A DNA stretch of 64,000 nt from Octopus sinensis (GCF_006345805.1 NC_043001.1:10726001-10790000), one strand, 5' to 3'; shown: positions 1-12,845, counted from the first letter of the stretch. Notes: a model not told the origin generated them from the sequence alone. Made by a program: numbers and translations.

Positions 1-140
1 CCGACTTTGCCTTTCATCCTTTCGGGGTCGATTAAATAAGTACCAGTAACGCACTGGGGTCGATATAATCGACTTAATCCGTTTGTCTGTCCTTGTTTGT
101 CCCCTCTGTGTTTAGCCCCTTGTGGGTAGTAAAGAAATAG
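1..140 (+). mobile_element. 3' half of an octopod tRNA-derived SINE (family C), cut by the window edge
   Basis: GCCTTTCATCCTTTCGGGGTCGAT..AATAAGTACCAGT..CTGGGGTCGAT..AATCGACT motif; the reverse complement recurs at 63865-64000 and, degenerate, at 60045-60205. Confidence 0.7.
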
Positions 141-449
141 AGATCTTACACTTACAAACTTGTAACCACTTTCTTTTGTATTTTAGTTGATTTTGTATAT
201 ATTTTTGTTATAGGCCTGAAGATTTTGTTTCAAATTCCTACTTTCAAATTTCTATATGAATTGTTTTACCTTTGGATGGATTTTCAAATATTCCTTGGAG
301 AGAAAACTGCTTATTTTTCATATTTCTACAAAAATTTAATAGCTGTCCTCATGCAACTTCAACATGGCTTTCCCTCAGCCAGTGATGCTACGTAATTCTA
401 CCATTAAAGTTTCATATGATGTTTATACAGATTTCAAGCCTTATGTATA

Positions 450-870
450 TACTGTATTTACACGTTTTCCTCAAGCCGCACCGCCCCCAATTTTTTCACT
501 TAAAATCAAGTAGGAAATAGCGCGACTTATACACGAATAAGTGGAGGCACATGGCCTAATGGTTAGAGCAGCGGACTCGCGATCGAGGGATCACGGGTTC
601 GAATCTCAGACCGGGCGATGTGTGTGTTTATGAGCGAAACACCTAAGCTCCACGCGGTTCCGGCAGAAGGTAATGGCGAACTTCTGCTGACTCTTTCGCC
701 AAAACTTTCTCTCACTCTTTCCTCCTGCATCTTGCAGCTCACATGCGACGGACCGGCGTCCCGTCCAGGTGGGGAACCTATACGCCAAGGAAACCGGTAG
801 ACACGGCCCTTATGAACCAGGGATGGCTCGAGAAGGAACAAACAACAATACACGAATAAATTTGGTGCGT
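450..870. mobile_element. Short pogo/Tc1-like MITE remnant interrupted by a SINE
   Basis: Left end ACTGTATTTACACG..AAGCCGCAC and right end GCGCGACTTATACACGAATAAATTTGG form an imperfect inverted pair once the SINE at 541-847 is removed. Confidence 0.35.
541..847 (+). mobile_element. Full-length tRNA-derived SINE (family B head, alternative tail)
   Basis: A-box TGGCCTAATGG, B-box GTTCGAATC, (AAC)n tail, 12-bp target-site duplication ATACACGAATAA at 529-540 and 848-859. Confidence 0.9.
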
Positions 871-1058
871 ATAGTAGTCATATTAATAGACAGTGTGGTT
901 GCAACACCTTTCTGCGCGTCCTCTCCTATAACTTCTGTTTCACGTTAGTAGCCCATGTTATTCTGCGTCCATTATCAGTTGCAGCCAGTGTTTCAAGCCG
1001 AGAAGATGTAAACGCCGTTTGACTTTTTTCTCCATTTCTTCCCTTTTTCTTTGTCCCC

Positions 1059-1090
1059 CTGACGAAGGATTAAATCTGAAGCGTTGGATA
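1059..1090 (+). ncRNA. Degenerate minimal hammerhead motif (Penelope pLTR-type), split from its 3' flank by a SINE
   Basis: CTGACGA-AGGAT-TAA-ATCT-GAAG-CGTT; the flank resumes after the SINE as TTGGATATTCCACTCC, matching an uninterrupted relative at 45489-45530. Confidence 0.5.
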
Positions 1091-1479
1091 CTCTTTTACT
1101 TGTTTCAGTCATTTGACTGTGGCCATGCTGGAGCACCGCCTTTAGTCGAGCAACTGAACCCCAGGACTTATTCTTTGTAAGCTAGTACTTATTCTATCGG
1201 TCTCTTTTGCCGAACCGCTAAGTTACGGTGACGTAAACACGCCAGCATCGGTTGTCAAGCGATGTTGGGGGGACAAACAAAGACACACACATACATATAT
1301 ATATATACATATATACGACGGGCTTCTTTCAGTTTCCGTTTACCAAATCCACTCACAAGGCCTTGGGTGGCCCGAAGCTATAGTAGAAGACGCTTGCCCT
1401 AGGTGCCACGCAGTGGGACTGAACTCGGAACCATGTGGTTGATAAGCAAGCTACCTACCACACAGTCACTCCTACGCCT
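1091..1479 (-). mobile_element. Full-length dominant SINE (family A; tRNA head, CORE-like block, central microsatellite, LINE-type tail)
   Basis: Reverse complement of the 4164-4570 copy; TSD TTGGATA at 1084-1090 and 1479-1485. Confidence 0.9.
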
Positions 1480-2077
1480 TGGATATTCCACTCCTCATGG
1501 CTAGTTCACTGTACGCCTTTCACTTTTTTCCATATTTTTTAGTAACTATATATGCCTCCAACACATATTTATATATGACACATTTTCCTTCGTTTATTAC
1601 AATTTATAAGAACAAAACCCTACACACCCTTAGCAGATATTTCTCAAGGCGAATAGCGCAGTTTAGAGGCGCTGAATATATACACTCTTTGACTACGTAT
1701 AGAGATTAGATTGCTAATATGTGTATAAATGAAATGAGTGATGTATAACTATGAATACGAACTCACTCAAACACATATGATTATAAATAGACACAAATAT
1801 ATATTTAAGTCGTATCTCACGGGTGACTTATGAAAGTAATCTTTACGCAGATTAGTTAATGGCCAGAAATTGTTGATAGATTTTTAATCAATCAGTTAAT
1901 TCCGAAAGACTTTATATGTAAGATCGAACTAATTTTCGAACGGCAACTGAGCGAGTTCGTTGCATCAGATTTTTCCCTTTTTCTATTGTAAACAACACAA
2001 AGTTTATTTTCCTTTGAAAATTAGTTTCGGTTTGTGAACCAGATTTACATCTAAGAATTTTTTAATATTTCTGCATT

Positions 2078-3147
2078 GATACATACATACATACATACAT
2101 TCACTCATTCATACATACTTACATACATGCATACATACATACATACATACATACATACATACATACATACATACATACATACATACATACATACATACAT
2201 GCATACATGCATACATACATTCACTCCTTCATACATACTTACATACATGCATACATACATATATACATACATACATGCATACATACATACATACATTCAT
2301 ACATACATACATGCATACATGCATACATACATTCACTCCTTCATACATACTTACATACATGCATACATACATATATACATACATACATGCATACATACAT
2401 ACATACATTCATACATACATACACACACACACATACATACATACATACATATTACATACATACATGCATACATACATACATACATACATACACACACACA
2501 TACATACATACATACATACATACACACATACATACATACATACAGCATACATACATTCACTCATTCATACATACATACACACATACATACATAACATACA
2601 TACTACACACATACATACATACATACATACAACATACATACATACATTCATACATACATACACACACACACATACATACATACATACATACATACATACA
2701 TACATACATACATTCATACACACATACACACACACAACATACATACATACACACACACATACATACATACATTACATACACACATACATACATACATACA
2801 TGCATACAGACATTCATAACATTCACTCATTCATACAATACATACACCATACATACATACATACATACATACACATCCATACATACATACAATACATACA
2901 ATACATACATCATTCATACATACATACACAACACACATACATACATACATACATACATACATACATACATACATACATTCATACATACATACACACAACA
3001 CACATACATACCTACACACACACATACATACATACATACACACATACATACATACATACATGCATACATACATTCACTCATTCATACATACGTACATACA
3101 TACATACATACATACATACATACATACATTCATACATACATACACAA

Positions 3148-3179
<32 letters not shown>

Positions 3180-3362
3180 GCAAACATACATACGTACATA
3201 TATACATACATACATACATACATATATACATATATATATACAAACATACATACATACAAACATACATACATATATACATACATACATATATACATATATA
3301 TATGCAAACATACATACATATATAATACATACATACATACATACATACATACATACATACAT
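2078..3362. repeat. Long degenerate (ATAC)n/(AC)n microsatellite with higher-order units
   Basis: Direct reading; source of the HTYI/MYVC ORFs. Confidence 0.95.
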
Positions 3363-3584
3363 ACAATGTGTACACAGATACTGAAACTCACTCATGCATG
3401 CACATATATGTGGGGTGCGTGTGTGTGTGAGTGTGTGTGTATGTATGTATGTATGTATGTATGTATGTATGTATATTCATTTATACACACGCTCACATAA
3501 ATATTCCTGTATACGTTCAAACGCATGTGCGTGTATGCATGTATACATGTTTGTGACATGTTGTGAGTGTATTCTTTCATACAG

Positions 3585-3621
<37 letters not shown>

Positions 3622-3653
3622 ATATATATATATATAAATATATATATATATAG

Positions 3654-3704
<51 letters not shown>

Positions 3705-4163
3705 CACATATATATAAGTATATACATATATATATATATATATACATATACACATATGCACATGACTAAACGTACACCAGCACACCACACACTCAAGCAA
3801 CGAATATGCAGATACGAAATAGAGTCTTGTCCTCACACATAGATAAAGAGTGTGATACTGTATGTCGCTTACATCATAGATTCTAATGAATAAAATGCGA
3901 TAAAGGATTATCTTGTATCTAGTTATAAGTGGATGACAGATACTGGATAACAGAGAAGAATTTGGCCATTCATATTTCAAATAAATGGATGGGAAGGAGA
4001 TTACATTGACGGAAGATACAGGTTTGAAATTCTCTTTAGAAAAGTATGCGTTTCGATATTAGTTCAGTATGTTTAAACAATAAGTTTCAGTTTGAGGGAA
4101 TATTCTAGAAGGATTCAGATGTATATAGCTAAAAAATTGAAGTATATATATATATATATATAT

Positions 4164-4570
4164 AGGCGCAGGAGTGGCTGTGTGGTAAATAGCTTGCTAA
4201 CCAACCACATGGTTCCGGGTTCAGTCCCACTGCGTGGCACGTTGGGCAAGTGTCTTCTACTATAGCTCCGGGCCGATCAATGCCTTGTGAGTGGATTTGG
4301 TAGACGGAAACTGAAAGAAGCCTGTTGTATATATGTATATATATATATATGTGTGTGTGTGTTTGTGTTTGTCCCTCTAGTATTGCTTGACAACCGATGC
4401 TGGTGTGTTTACGTCCCCGTCACTTAGCGGTTCGGCAAAAGAGACCGATAGAATAAGTACTAGGCTTACAAAGAATAAGTCCCAGAGTCGATTTGCTCGA
4501 CTAAAGGCGGTGCTCCAGCATGGCCGCAGTCAAATGACTGAAACAAGTAAAAAGAGTAAAAAAAAGAGTA
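4164..4570 (+). mobile_element. Full-length family A SINE
   Basis: AGGCGCAGGAGTGGCTGTGTGG head, GTTCAGTCC B-box, GGCACGTTGGGCAAG CORE-like block, central (TA)(TG)n, tail GGCGGTGCTCCAGCATGGCCGCAGTCAAATGACTGAAACAAGTAAAAAGAG. Confidence 0.9.
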
Positions 4571-4869
4571 TATATAGTTCTTTTTTTTATTAACCATATA
4601 TACTTTGTGTATGTGGTGGGTGTTTTTCTATTGAGATTACGAAACAAGCTGAAGCCCGTGTGTGTCTGAGTATTTTCTATCCTTTTACTTGTTATAATCA
4701 TTGGGATTCAGCCAGGGTGCAGTAAAAGCTTAAAGAGAAAGAGTCGATCAATTCAATATGTAGTATTCATTTTGAATGTGGTACTTATTTCATTGAATCC
4801 TTTCTTGCCGCACGAAGTTTGTGAAGGAATGAGAGGCAAACATGAACACATACACGTACATATATACAA

Positions 4870-5335
4870 TAATATAAATAATATATATAAATATATGCAT
4901 ATATACATACATATATGTACATACCTACATCTATGTGTATATATATGCATATATGGGTACAGTGCATTAAAAAATCGTTGAACACAATGAGAAACGAAAA
5001 CATACAAACAAAAATATGGAAACAAACAATTTTTTAAACAACGTAAGAACAGAGTACAAGATATACAACACAAGGAATATTCCCCTTCTTCAGTTGTCTC
5101 TGTTTCGTCTACTCCGCGTTCTGAAGGTAAGGACAAGACGCGACTTCGTTGAAACAGTCCTTCCCGCAAAGCAAATTAAATAAAATTTGGGATTTTTTAC
5201 GGAGGGGTAAAAGTTGTAACAAGAACAGGACAGTAAAAACAAAACAAGGCAGTAAAAACAATACAAGTAAAACAGTAAAAGACAGAACAAAGAGAATAAC
5301 ACAGTAAAAACAAACGATGAGGGCTGTTAAGGCAA
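4870..5335 (-). mobile_element. Family D non-autonomous element (probably Penelope-derived), partial
   Basis: Homologous to 13665-14420, 26995-27250 and 43345-44220 (CTGAAGAAGGGGAATATTCC motif, TACTG repeats, GTAGGTA..CATATATG tail). Confidence 0.6.
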
Positions 5336-5516
5336 GGTGATCGAAAAATTATTTTACATACATACATACATACCTACAAATTACTACATACCTACACACA
5401 TAAATGAGGCGGGTTTTCCCAATTTCTATCTACCAAATTCGATCACAAGTCACTAGCCGGCCAGTAGGTCGCGAAGAGAGTGAATTTGTGTGAATTTGTA
5501 TGCATACAAATTACTT

Positions 5517-5707
5517 AGCAGTAAGTAGCTTACTTGCCAACCACGTGGTTCCGAGTTCAGTCCTACTGCGTGTCACCTTGGCAAGTGTCTTCTACTATGT
5601 CCTCAGTCCAACCAAAGCCTTGTCAGTGGATTTGGTAGACAGAAACTGAAAGAGGCCCGTCGTATATTTGTATACACACACACAGACACACACACACACA
5701 CACAATA

Positions 5708-5770
<63 letters not shown>

Positions 5771-5992
5771 ATATATATATATCTTTGTGTATAAGTTTAT
5801 GTGTCGGTGTTCCCCCAACATCGTTTGAAAACCGATGCTGGTGTGTTTAAGTCTCTGTAACTTAGCGTTTCTGCAAAACAGACCGATAGAATAAGTACTA
5901 GGCTTACAAAGAGTAAGTCCTGGGGTCAATTTGCTCGACTAAAGGCGGTGCTCCAGCATGGCCGCAGTCAAATGACAGAAACAAGTAAAAGT
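5517..5992 (+). mobile_element. Family A SINE with expanded central (CA)/(TA) repeat
   Basis: Colinear with 4164-4570. Confidence 0.9.
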
Positions 5993-6009
5993 GTGAACGT
6001 GTATATACA

Positions 6010-6231
6010 CAGGGTGTTCAAAAAGTCTCACAGCAAAATAGATATCTATAAGATGGTATAAGACTACAAAAGAATATATTAGACTTACAAGACTTTAAAA
6101 ACACTTTATAAGAAGTGCTGAAAGTGTCATCCTTCATTTTCAGTACATAAGTTGACTCTTCTACACATGTTTTGAAATACATGCGCAGGATGAAAAAGGA
6201 ATTGACCGTGGGGAGACAGTTTGAACACCTT
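6010..6231. mobile_element. Tc1/mariner-type MITE
   Basis: TIRs CAGGGTGTTCAAAAAGTCTC / GAGACAGTTTGAACACCTTG; the right end matches the transposase-bearing end at 62800-62850. Confidence 0.65.
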
Positions 6232-6251
6232 GTGCATGCGCACACACACAC

Positions 6252-6283
<32 letters not shown>

Positions 6284-6432
6284 CACACACACACACAGAC
6301 GCGCACACACACAGACACACACACACAGACACACACACACACACACACACATATATACACTTGCCAGAATAAGCACATAAATGCGATTAAGTTGGAAAAG
6401 TAGTACTCGAATACCAGAGGTAGAGTAATGTG

Positions 6433-6571
6433 CTTTATTAAAAAGCAGCAAAAATACCACGAAAACTGTTATTCAGAGTTTCACGTTCTAAACAAAACTG
6501 TCCGACGAACGGGAACGGGAAACTCTGAGTAACAGATTTTTTTTGGATATTTTTGCTGCTTTTCAATAAAG
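6433..6571 (+). ncRNA. Hammerhead motif inside an inverted-duplicated Penelope-type pLTR
   Basis: CTGT-CCGACGA-ACG GGAA CGG-GAAA-CTC T GAG-TA-ACAG at 6498-6535; ~57-bp inverted arms 6433-6488 / 6513-6571. Confidence 0.6.
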
Positions 6572-6593
6572 TGTATATATATATATATATATA

Positions 6594-7105
6594 TAAGAAG
6601 AAGGGACAGGCAACAGGTTGCTTAGCCGCATACCGAAAGAATTAGAAATAGCAGTCGGAGACTGTTTATTTCTATTTTCTACAAGTGGGGCTCCACATAC
6701 GACATAACCCTGCAATTCATATATGCAAAACAGAAGGAATAGATAACGAAAACAAAACCTAACCGTTAATTGCGAACATGTTTCTAGATTAGAAATATGA
6801 AAATATATTTCATGTCTTTCATCAGCGCCATCCTCGATAGATTTATCAAATACCACTTACCTCCACCTTTGAGCATAGGCTAAACCTATATAGACAATTG
6901 AATCCGTAAATTTTCCCTCCAAAATTTTGCCATGGGCATTACATTGTTTTCGTTATCTATTCCTTCTGTTTTGCATATGTGAATTGCAGGGTTATGTCGT
7001 ATGTGGAGCCCCACTTGTAGAAAATAGTAATAAACAGTCTCCGACTGCTATTTCTAATTCTTTCGGTATGCGGCTAAGCAACCTGTTGCCTGCCCCTTCT
7101 ACTTA
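6594..7105. mobile_element. TA-flanked MITE/foldback element with ~160-bp TIRs
   Basis: 6594-6756 is the near-perfect reverse complement of 6944-7105 (mirror ORFs 6563-6856 and 6927-7184 in the track). Confidence 0.9.
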
Positions 7106-7251
7106 TATACAATACATACTGAACTTCACAGAAGTTCCTGCCGCTAATGGTTATATTTACATACCGAAATCTACCAGTAAATAATTGTTGGTTTTTTGAA
7201 AAACCATCGAAGAAATTATTTACTCTTATTATTATTATAATATATATATAC

Positions 7252-7301
<50 letters not shown>

Positions 7302-7312
7302 ATATATATAGA

Positions 7313-7482
7313 CGCCATGATAGAACGTTAGCCACTACACACATTTTTTTCTCTCTTTGTTTCTCTCCTTTTTTTTTCTATGTCCTTTCTGTAGGAGAGC
7401 GTAGGCTCGAAACGTAAAAGACTTTTTCTATTCCTGGGCGTTATACTTCGTCGTTTGTTTTTTTTTTCGTAAACTCTCCCTA
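7313..7482 (+). mobile_element. Short HHR-bearing Penelope-derived element (family H1)
   Basis: CGCCATGATAG start; CTGTAGG-A-GAGC GTAG GCTC-GAAA-CGTA at 7389-7416; flanked by (TA)n. Confidence 0.75.
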
Positions 7483-7835
7483 TAAATATATATATATATA
7501 TATATAAGATTGAGGTGGAAATAGCACAGAAGTAAGTCTAAGACATTTCAATTTTAAGAAGGAATTTAATAAAAAAAATAATGAAAATGATTAAAAAAAT
7601 TATATAGACAAATACACGCACGCAGACACACCAACATAAATTGAACACAAAGATTACAGTATTTAATTAATGATCTTCTTTTCTTTCGTTTTCGGCTTCT
7701 TGCTTTTAATTTACTTTGTTATCTTTTAATTTCTTTACAAAATTTCGTTGTTTTGTCCTCGCTTAAAAGAATTTCTTTAAAATCCTCGCAGATCGACGTA
7801 TCATACGTTTGACTGGAATCTTTTATGTCGTATTT

Positions 7836-8230
7836 TTTTTTACTTGTTTCATCCATTAGACTGCGGCCATACGGTGGCACCGTCTTCTAGAACTTTTAGC
7901 TGAACGAATTCACTCCAATACTTGTTTTCAAAACCTGGCTCTTATGTCATCAGTCTACCTTGCTGAACCACTAAGTTACGGGGGATGTAAATACTCATAC
8001 AGACCAGTTGTCAGGTGGTGGTGATACACACACACACACATACACACACATACACACACACACACGATAGTCTTCTTTCAGTTTCTGGCTACCAAATCCA
8101 CTGACAAGGCATTGGTCGGCCCGAGATTGTTGTAGAAGACACTTGCTCCAGGTGCCAAGCAGTGGGACTGAATCAGGAACCACGTGGTTGGGAAGCAAGC
8201 TTTCTGTCACACAACCACGCCCGCCCCTAT
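7836..8230 (-). mobile_element. Family A SINE (diverged)
   Basis: Reverse-complement similarity to 4164-4570 over the full length. Confidence 0.85.
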
Positions 8231-8338
8231 TTTTCTCCAAAATCCTTATGTCTCTATTAAAAATACAAAAAAAAATTAGTTATAGCTATTCACATGTGTA
8301 CATTTGCAAAATTTGAAAACACAAATTCTAAAATTGAT

Positions 8339-8362
8339 AACACACACACACACATATACACA

Positions 8363-8401
<39 letters not shown>

Positions 8402-9426
8402 ACAGGTACACACGCACATGTACACGCAAACACACACACACACTCACATGCACACTTACATACAAATCCCACAACATGCATGCACACATCTTCGAACACA
8501 CACACTCACACACATACGCACACACACGCACACACATACAGATAAACAGACACACACATACACACGCACACGTACACACAAACAAACACACACACTCACA
8601 TGCTCACCTACATACGAATCCCGAAGCATGTACGCACTCATCTTCACACACACATATACACATCTTCACACACATGTACACACATATACCCATACATATA
8701 CAGACATGCACATATATACACTCATGCAAACACTGCTCCACACATCGACCAAATCTCTTCCCACTCCACATACTAAGATCTCAGCTTTATCTTCTCAGCG
8801 AACAAAGACAATAACTCCCCTCTTATCGCCTTCCCTCCCCCATTTGCTCTTTCTTTCTATTCAAGGCGTTAAATTAAACTTTTGTTGTTTGAAAACTATA
8901 AAAGTACAGCGTACTTATCTCCATTTAGAGTCCGAGAGGCTTTTGAGGCGAAACCTTAAAATATATACATATATATATACATACATACATATATATATAT
9001 ACATACATACATACGTACACATGCGACTATATGCATCAGAATACATACATAAAACAAAACATACAAATCTGCACACCTACATACATACATACTTACATAC
9101 ATACATATACACATACATACATACGTACATACATACATACATACATACATACGTACATACATACACACATACATACTTACATACATACATACATACATAC
9201 ACACATACATACATACGTATATACATATATACATACATACATACATGCATACACATACATACATACATACAAACGTACATACATACATACATACACACAT
9301 ATATACATACATACATACATACATACATACATGCATATATACATACTTACATACATACATACATACATACACACATACATACATACATACATACACACAT
9401 ACATACTTACATACATGCATGCATAC

Positions 9427-9457
<31 letters not shown>

Positions 9458-9498
9458 CATACATACATACATACATACATACATACATACATACATAC
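8339..9498. repeat. (CA)n-rich and (ATAC)n degenerate microsatellite blocks
   Basis: Direct reading; source of the 454-aa ORF 8304-9668. Confidence 0.9.
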
Positions 9499-9499
9499 G

Positions 9500-9720
9500 C
9501 TCTTTATTCTTTTACTCGTTTCAGTCATTTGACTGTGGCCATGCTGGAGCACTGTCTTTTAATCGAGCAAATCGACCTCAGGACTTATTCTTTGTACGCC
9601 TTGTACTTATTCTATCGGAATATTTTGCTGAACCGCTACGTTACGGGGACGTAAACGCACCAGAATAGGTTGTCAAGCGATGTTGGGGGGGGGGAGACAA
9701 ATACAGATACACAAACATAT
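9500..9720 (-). mobile_element. Family A SINE, 3' half running into microsatellite
   Basis: CAGTCATTTGACTGTGGCCATGCTGGAGCAC..GTTGTCAAGCGATGTTGGGG. Confidence 0.85.
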
Positions 9721-9961
9721 ACAAACACACACATATACATACATATATACATATTTATACATGCTTGCATGTTTGCATAAATACATCCATACATATATGC
9801 ATACATACATGCATTCATGGATATATATATACACAAACACAGATACATACATACATAAATACATATATACATTAATACATACATACAGGCAGACATAAAT
9901 ACATATATACATACACATATTCACACACACACACGCGCTCACTTATAAATGCATACAATCG

Positions 9962-10341
9962 TAGCACTCCGACAGTTACTACGACGAGGTTTCCAGTTGG
10001 TATAATCAACGGAACAGCTTGCTCAGGAAATTAACGTGCAAGTGGCTGAGCACCCCACAGACACGAGTACCCTTAACGTAGTTCTCGGGCAGATTCAGCG
10101 TGACACAGAATGTAACACGGTTGGCCCTTTGAATTACAGGCACAACAGGAATAGGAAGAAAGAGTGAGAGAAAGTTGCGGTGAAATAATACAGCAGGGTT
10201 CGCTACAACCTTCTACCGGAGCCTCGTGGAGCTTTTGGTGTTTTCGCTCAATAAACACTCAGAACACCCGTTCTGGTAATCGAAACCGCGATCCTACGAC
10301 CGTGAGTCCGCTGCCCTAACCACTGGGCCATTGCGCCTCCA
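9962..10341 (-). mobile_element. Family B tRNA-derived SINE, full length
   Basis: Head is the reverse complement of the 541-700 head; tail shared with 12524-12845, 25385-25660 and 60293-60686. Confidence 0.88.
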
Positions 10342-10464
10342 GACATACATACATACATAGCTTATGTAGAGGCCATACACTGGATACGTTGAGTCCATTG
10401 GTTCAGGTGATGATGCGATGCTCTTTCACGTAGGTCTTTTCAAGGTTATCTTTATCCTTTGTCT

Positions 10465-10864
10465 TTTATTTGTTTCAGTCATTTGACTGCGGCCATACTG
10501 GGGCACTGCCTCGGGGAATTTGTAATCGATAGAAACGACCCCAGTACTTAATTTCTAAGCATGGTACTCATCCTATCTGTCTCTTTTGCCGAACCGCTAA
10601 TTTACGAAGACGCAAACACACCAGCAGCGATTATCAAATGATGGTTGGGGGACAAACACAAACACACAAACATATACATATATATATATATGCATAGATA
10701 CGACGGGCTTCTTTCAGTTTCCGTCTACCACATTCACCCAGAAGGCTTTGGCCCGACTGAGGCTATAGTAGAAGACACTTGCTCAAGGTGCCACGCAGTG
10801 GGACTGAACCCGGAGCCATGTGGGTCGGAGGCAAAATTCTTACCACACAACCACGCCTGCGCCT
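10465..10864 (-). mobile_element. Family A SINE, full length
   Basis: Ends in CCACGCCTGCGCCT (reverse complement of the head). Confidence 0.88.
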
Positions 10865-11073
10865 ATAGTACGGGCTTGATGTAGTTGTTTTACTCTGGTG
10901 ATTACAATTGCAACTGTTGGTGTAGTTCGGAAGATTTCTCCTTCGTAGACCTTATCATGATTAATTTGGTTTCGAACCGCACCCTCACCCAACCAACTTG
11001 TAGTTTTGATATTTCATTAAATTCTGTAGTCTCTAGGTTCACCCTTTGTCAAATATAATCCTAGTTTAGTTAC

Positions 11074-11468
11074 AACTAGCAGTATCGCTCGGCGTTGCTC
11101 GGGTTTGTTTCGACCCTTTAAATTTGGAATTTTTAAAAAGTAAAAATTTTGCATTATGCAGCTTGTTATTCTCTTTAAGTGAACATTTTTCTGGTTGAAA
11201 TAATCCGAAAAATGGCGGCACAGCAGTCAAAAATAGTAAAAAATAGGGATTTTCATAGAAAAAAAGCACCTTTTTAATGTAGATAAGTTTTGGTGCTAAC
11301 ATGGTCTGATTTAAATTTTTATCTTCTACGGAAGGAAGAGCAAGCCTTCTTCTATCATACTCTCAATTTTGGTCAACTTGCGCCGCAAGGTCTCAGAGGA
11401 GATAGCGTTAGTTGAAGGCTACCAAACCTGCCATACACAGACAACTTCAGCTTTATATGTATATAGAT
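11074..11468 (+). mobile_element. Helentron/DINE-1-like non-autonomous element
   Basis: ACTAGCAGTATCGCTCGGCGTTGCTCGGG start, CAGACA..TTTATATGTATATAGAT end; closely similar copy at 23217-23606. Confidence 0.6.
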
Positions 11469-12259
11469 GAGTTGAATTAATTATACATTATTCGGTAGCT
11501 TCGAGATTTCGATGAGGTGATTGTTTATTGAAGAACATTGTAGAGACGGAACGAGAGGCCCAGCGCCAACCGATTTCAACATGAAACAGATAACCAAGAT
11601 TATTACCAACTAAAAGACGCTAAAGAGAAGCAGATTTATCTCAATCAAATGTGAATCTAGAAGAATCGAATGCGACGTTTATACACAGAGGAGAAATTAC
11701 AGCAGGAAAAAACAAAAAAAGAAGCGAGACACGTGACAGCGTTCTTTAATATAATAACATCGTGTGTCAGGTGTTGCGACGCCATATGTCATCAAATTGA
11801 TTTTCGCATTTCGTAATTCTTCGTTATTCGGATAAATATCGTTATGTTTTGAGCTTTTTTCTTAAAAAGTCATGCTTTCTGAACAGCCCATTCCTTCCTC
11901 GCCCGCCTCCTCAGCTTATGTCATGCTGTGTTGATGTAGTTACCGCTTCCAAGTGACATAGCATGTCGCCTGCTGCCATCTATTGAGTTATAATGAATTT
12001 CAGTCGACAGATAACGAGGGGAATGTCCCGCACTGCCATCATTATGGAGATTGTAATTAAATACACGTATCACACACCTAACACACACATGCAAATACAT
12101 ACACGCACATATATACATACGTACATACAGACAGAGGTATCTGCCTATTTATGTATGTATGTATTTATGTATTTATGTATGTATGTATGTATGTATGTAT
12201 GTATGTATGTATGTATGTATGTATGTATCTATTTATCTGTCTGTCTGTCTATTTATCTA

Positions 12260-12296
<37 letters not shown>

Positions 12297-12523
12297 CTAT
12301 CCATTAATCTAAAACAAGATGAATGTAATTGCAACTGCATTGAATTAAACCCGCCACCTGTGTATCCTAATAAAAAAATTTTATGATTCTGTTGGTTTTG
12401 TCTGCAATAAAATCTCTTCGTAGACATTTTGTAACAAAAAACGACAGACATCAGAGTCTACGAAACAGTGACTCGGGAGTACAAAAGACAAGTTCCATCC
12501 CACTGATATATCTCTTTCAGTTA

Positions 12524-12845
12524 AGGCGCCTGGCTTAGTGATTAGCGTTTTCGGCTCACCATCGCAAGGTGGTGAGTTCGATTCCCAGCGGCGCGTTGTG
12601 ACCTTAAGCAAGACAGTTTATTTCACGTTATTCCAGTACAATCAGCTGGCAAAAGTGAGTAGTACCTGTATTTCATAGGGCCAGCTTTGTCACATTCTGT
12701 GTCACGCTGAATGTCCCTGAGAACTACGTTAAGGATACGCGTGTCTGTGGAATGCTCAGCCACTTGCACGTTAATTTCACGAGCAGTTCTGTTCCGTTAA
12801 TCAGATCAACATGAAGCCCCGTCGTCGCAACCGACGGAGTACCAG
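12524..12845 (+). mobile_element. Chimeric SINE: CORE-like tRNA head joined to the family B tail
   Basis: TGGCTTAGTGA A-box, GTTCGATTCC B-box, GTGACCTTAAGCAAG; from ~12660 it matches the family B tail. Confidence 0.8.

Noticed and set aside
541-615. tRNA-like heads (also 4164, 12524, 36085, 60620-60686) as tRNA genes
   Set aside because: They continue into SINE bodies, lack a proper acceptor stem, and some have TSDs
2076-3500. ORFs up to 372 aa (HTYI/MYVC repeats)
   Set aside because: Translations of (ATAC)n, which has no stops in several frames; no coding signal
6563-7184. Two near-identical ORFs on opposite strands suggesting a gene pair
   Set aside because: They are the two TIRs of one MITE
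8304-9668. 454-aa ORF, the longest in the track
   Set aside because: Runs through (CA)n and (ATAC)n arrays and ends in a SINE
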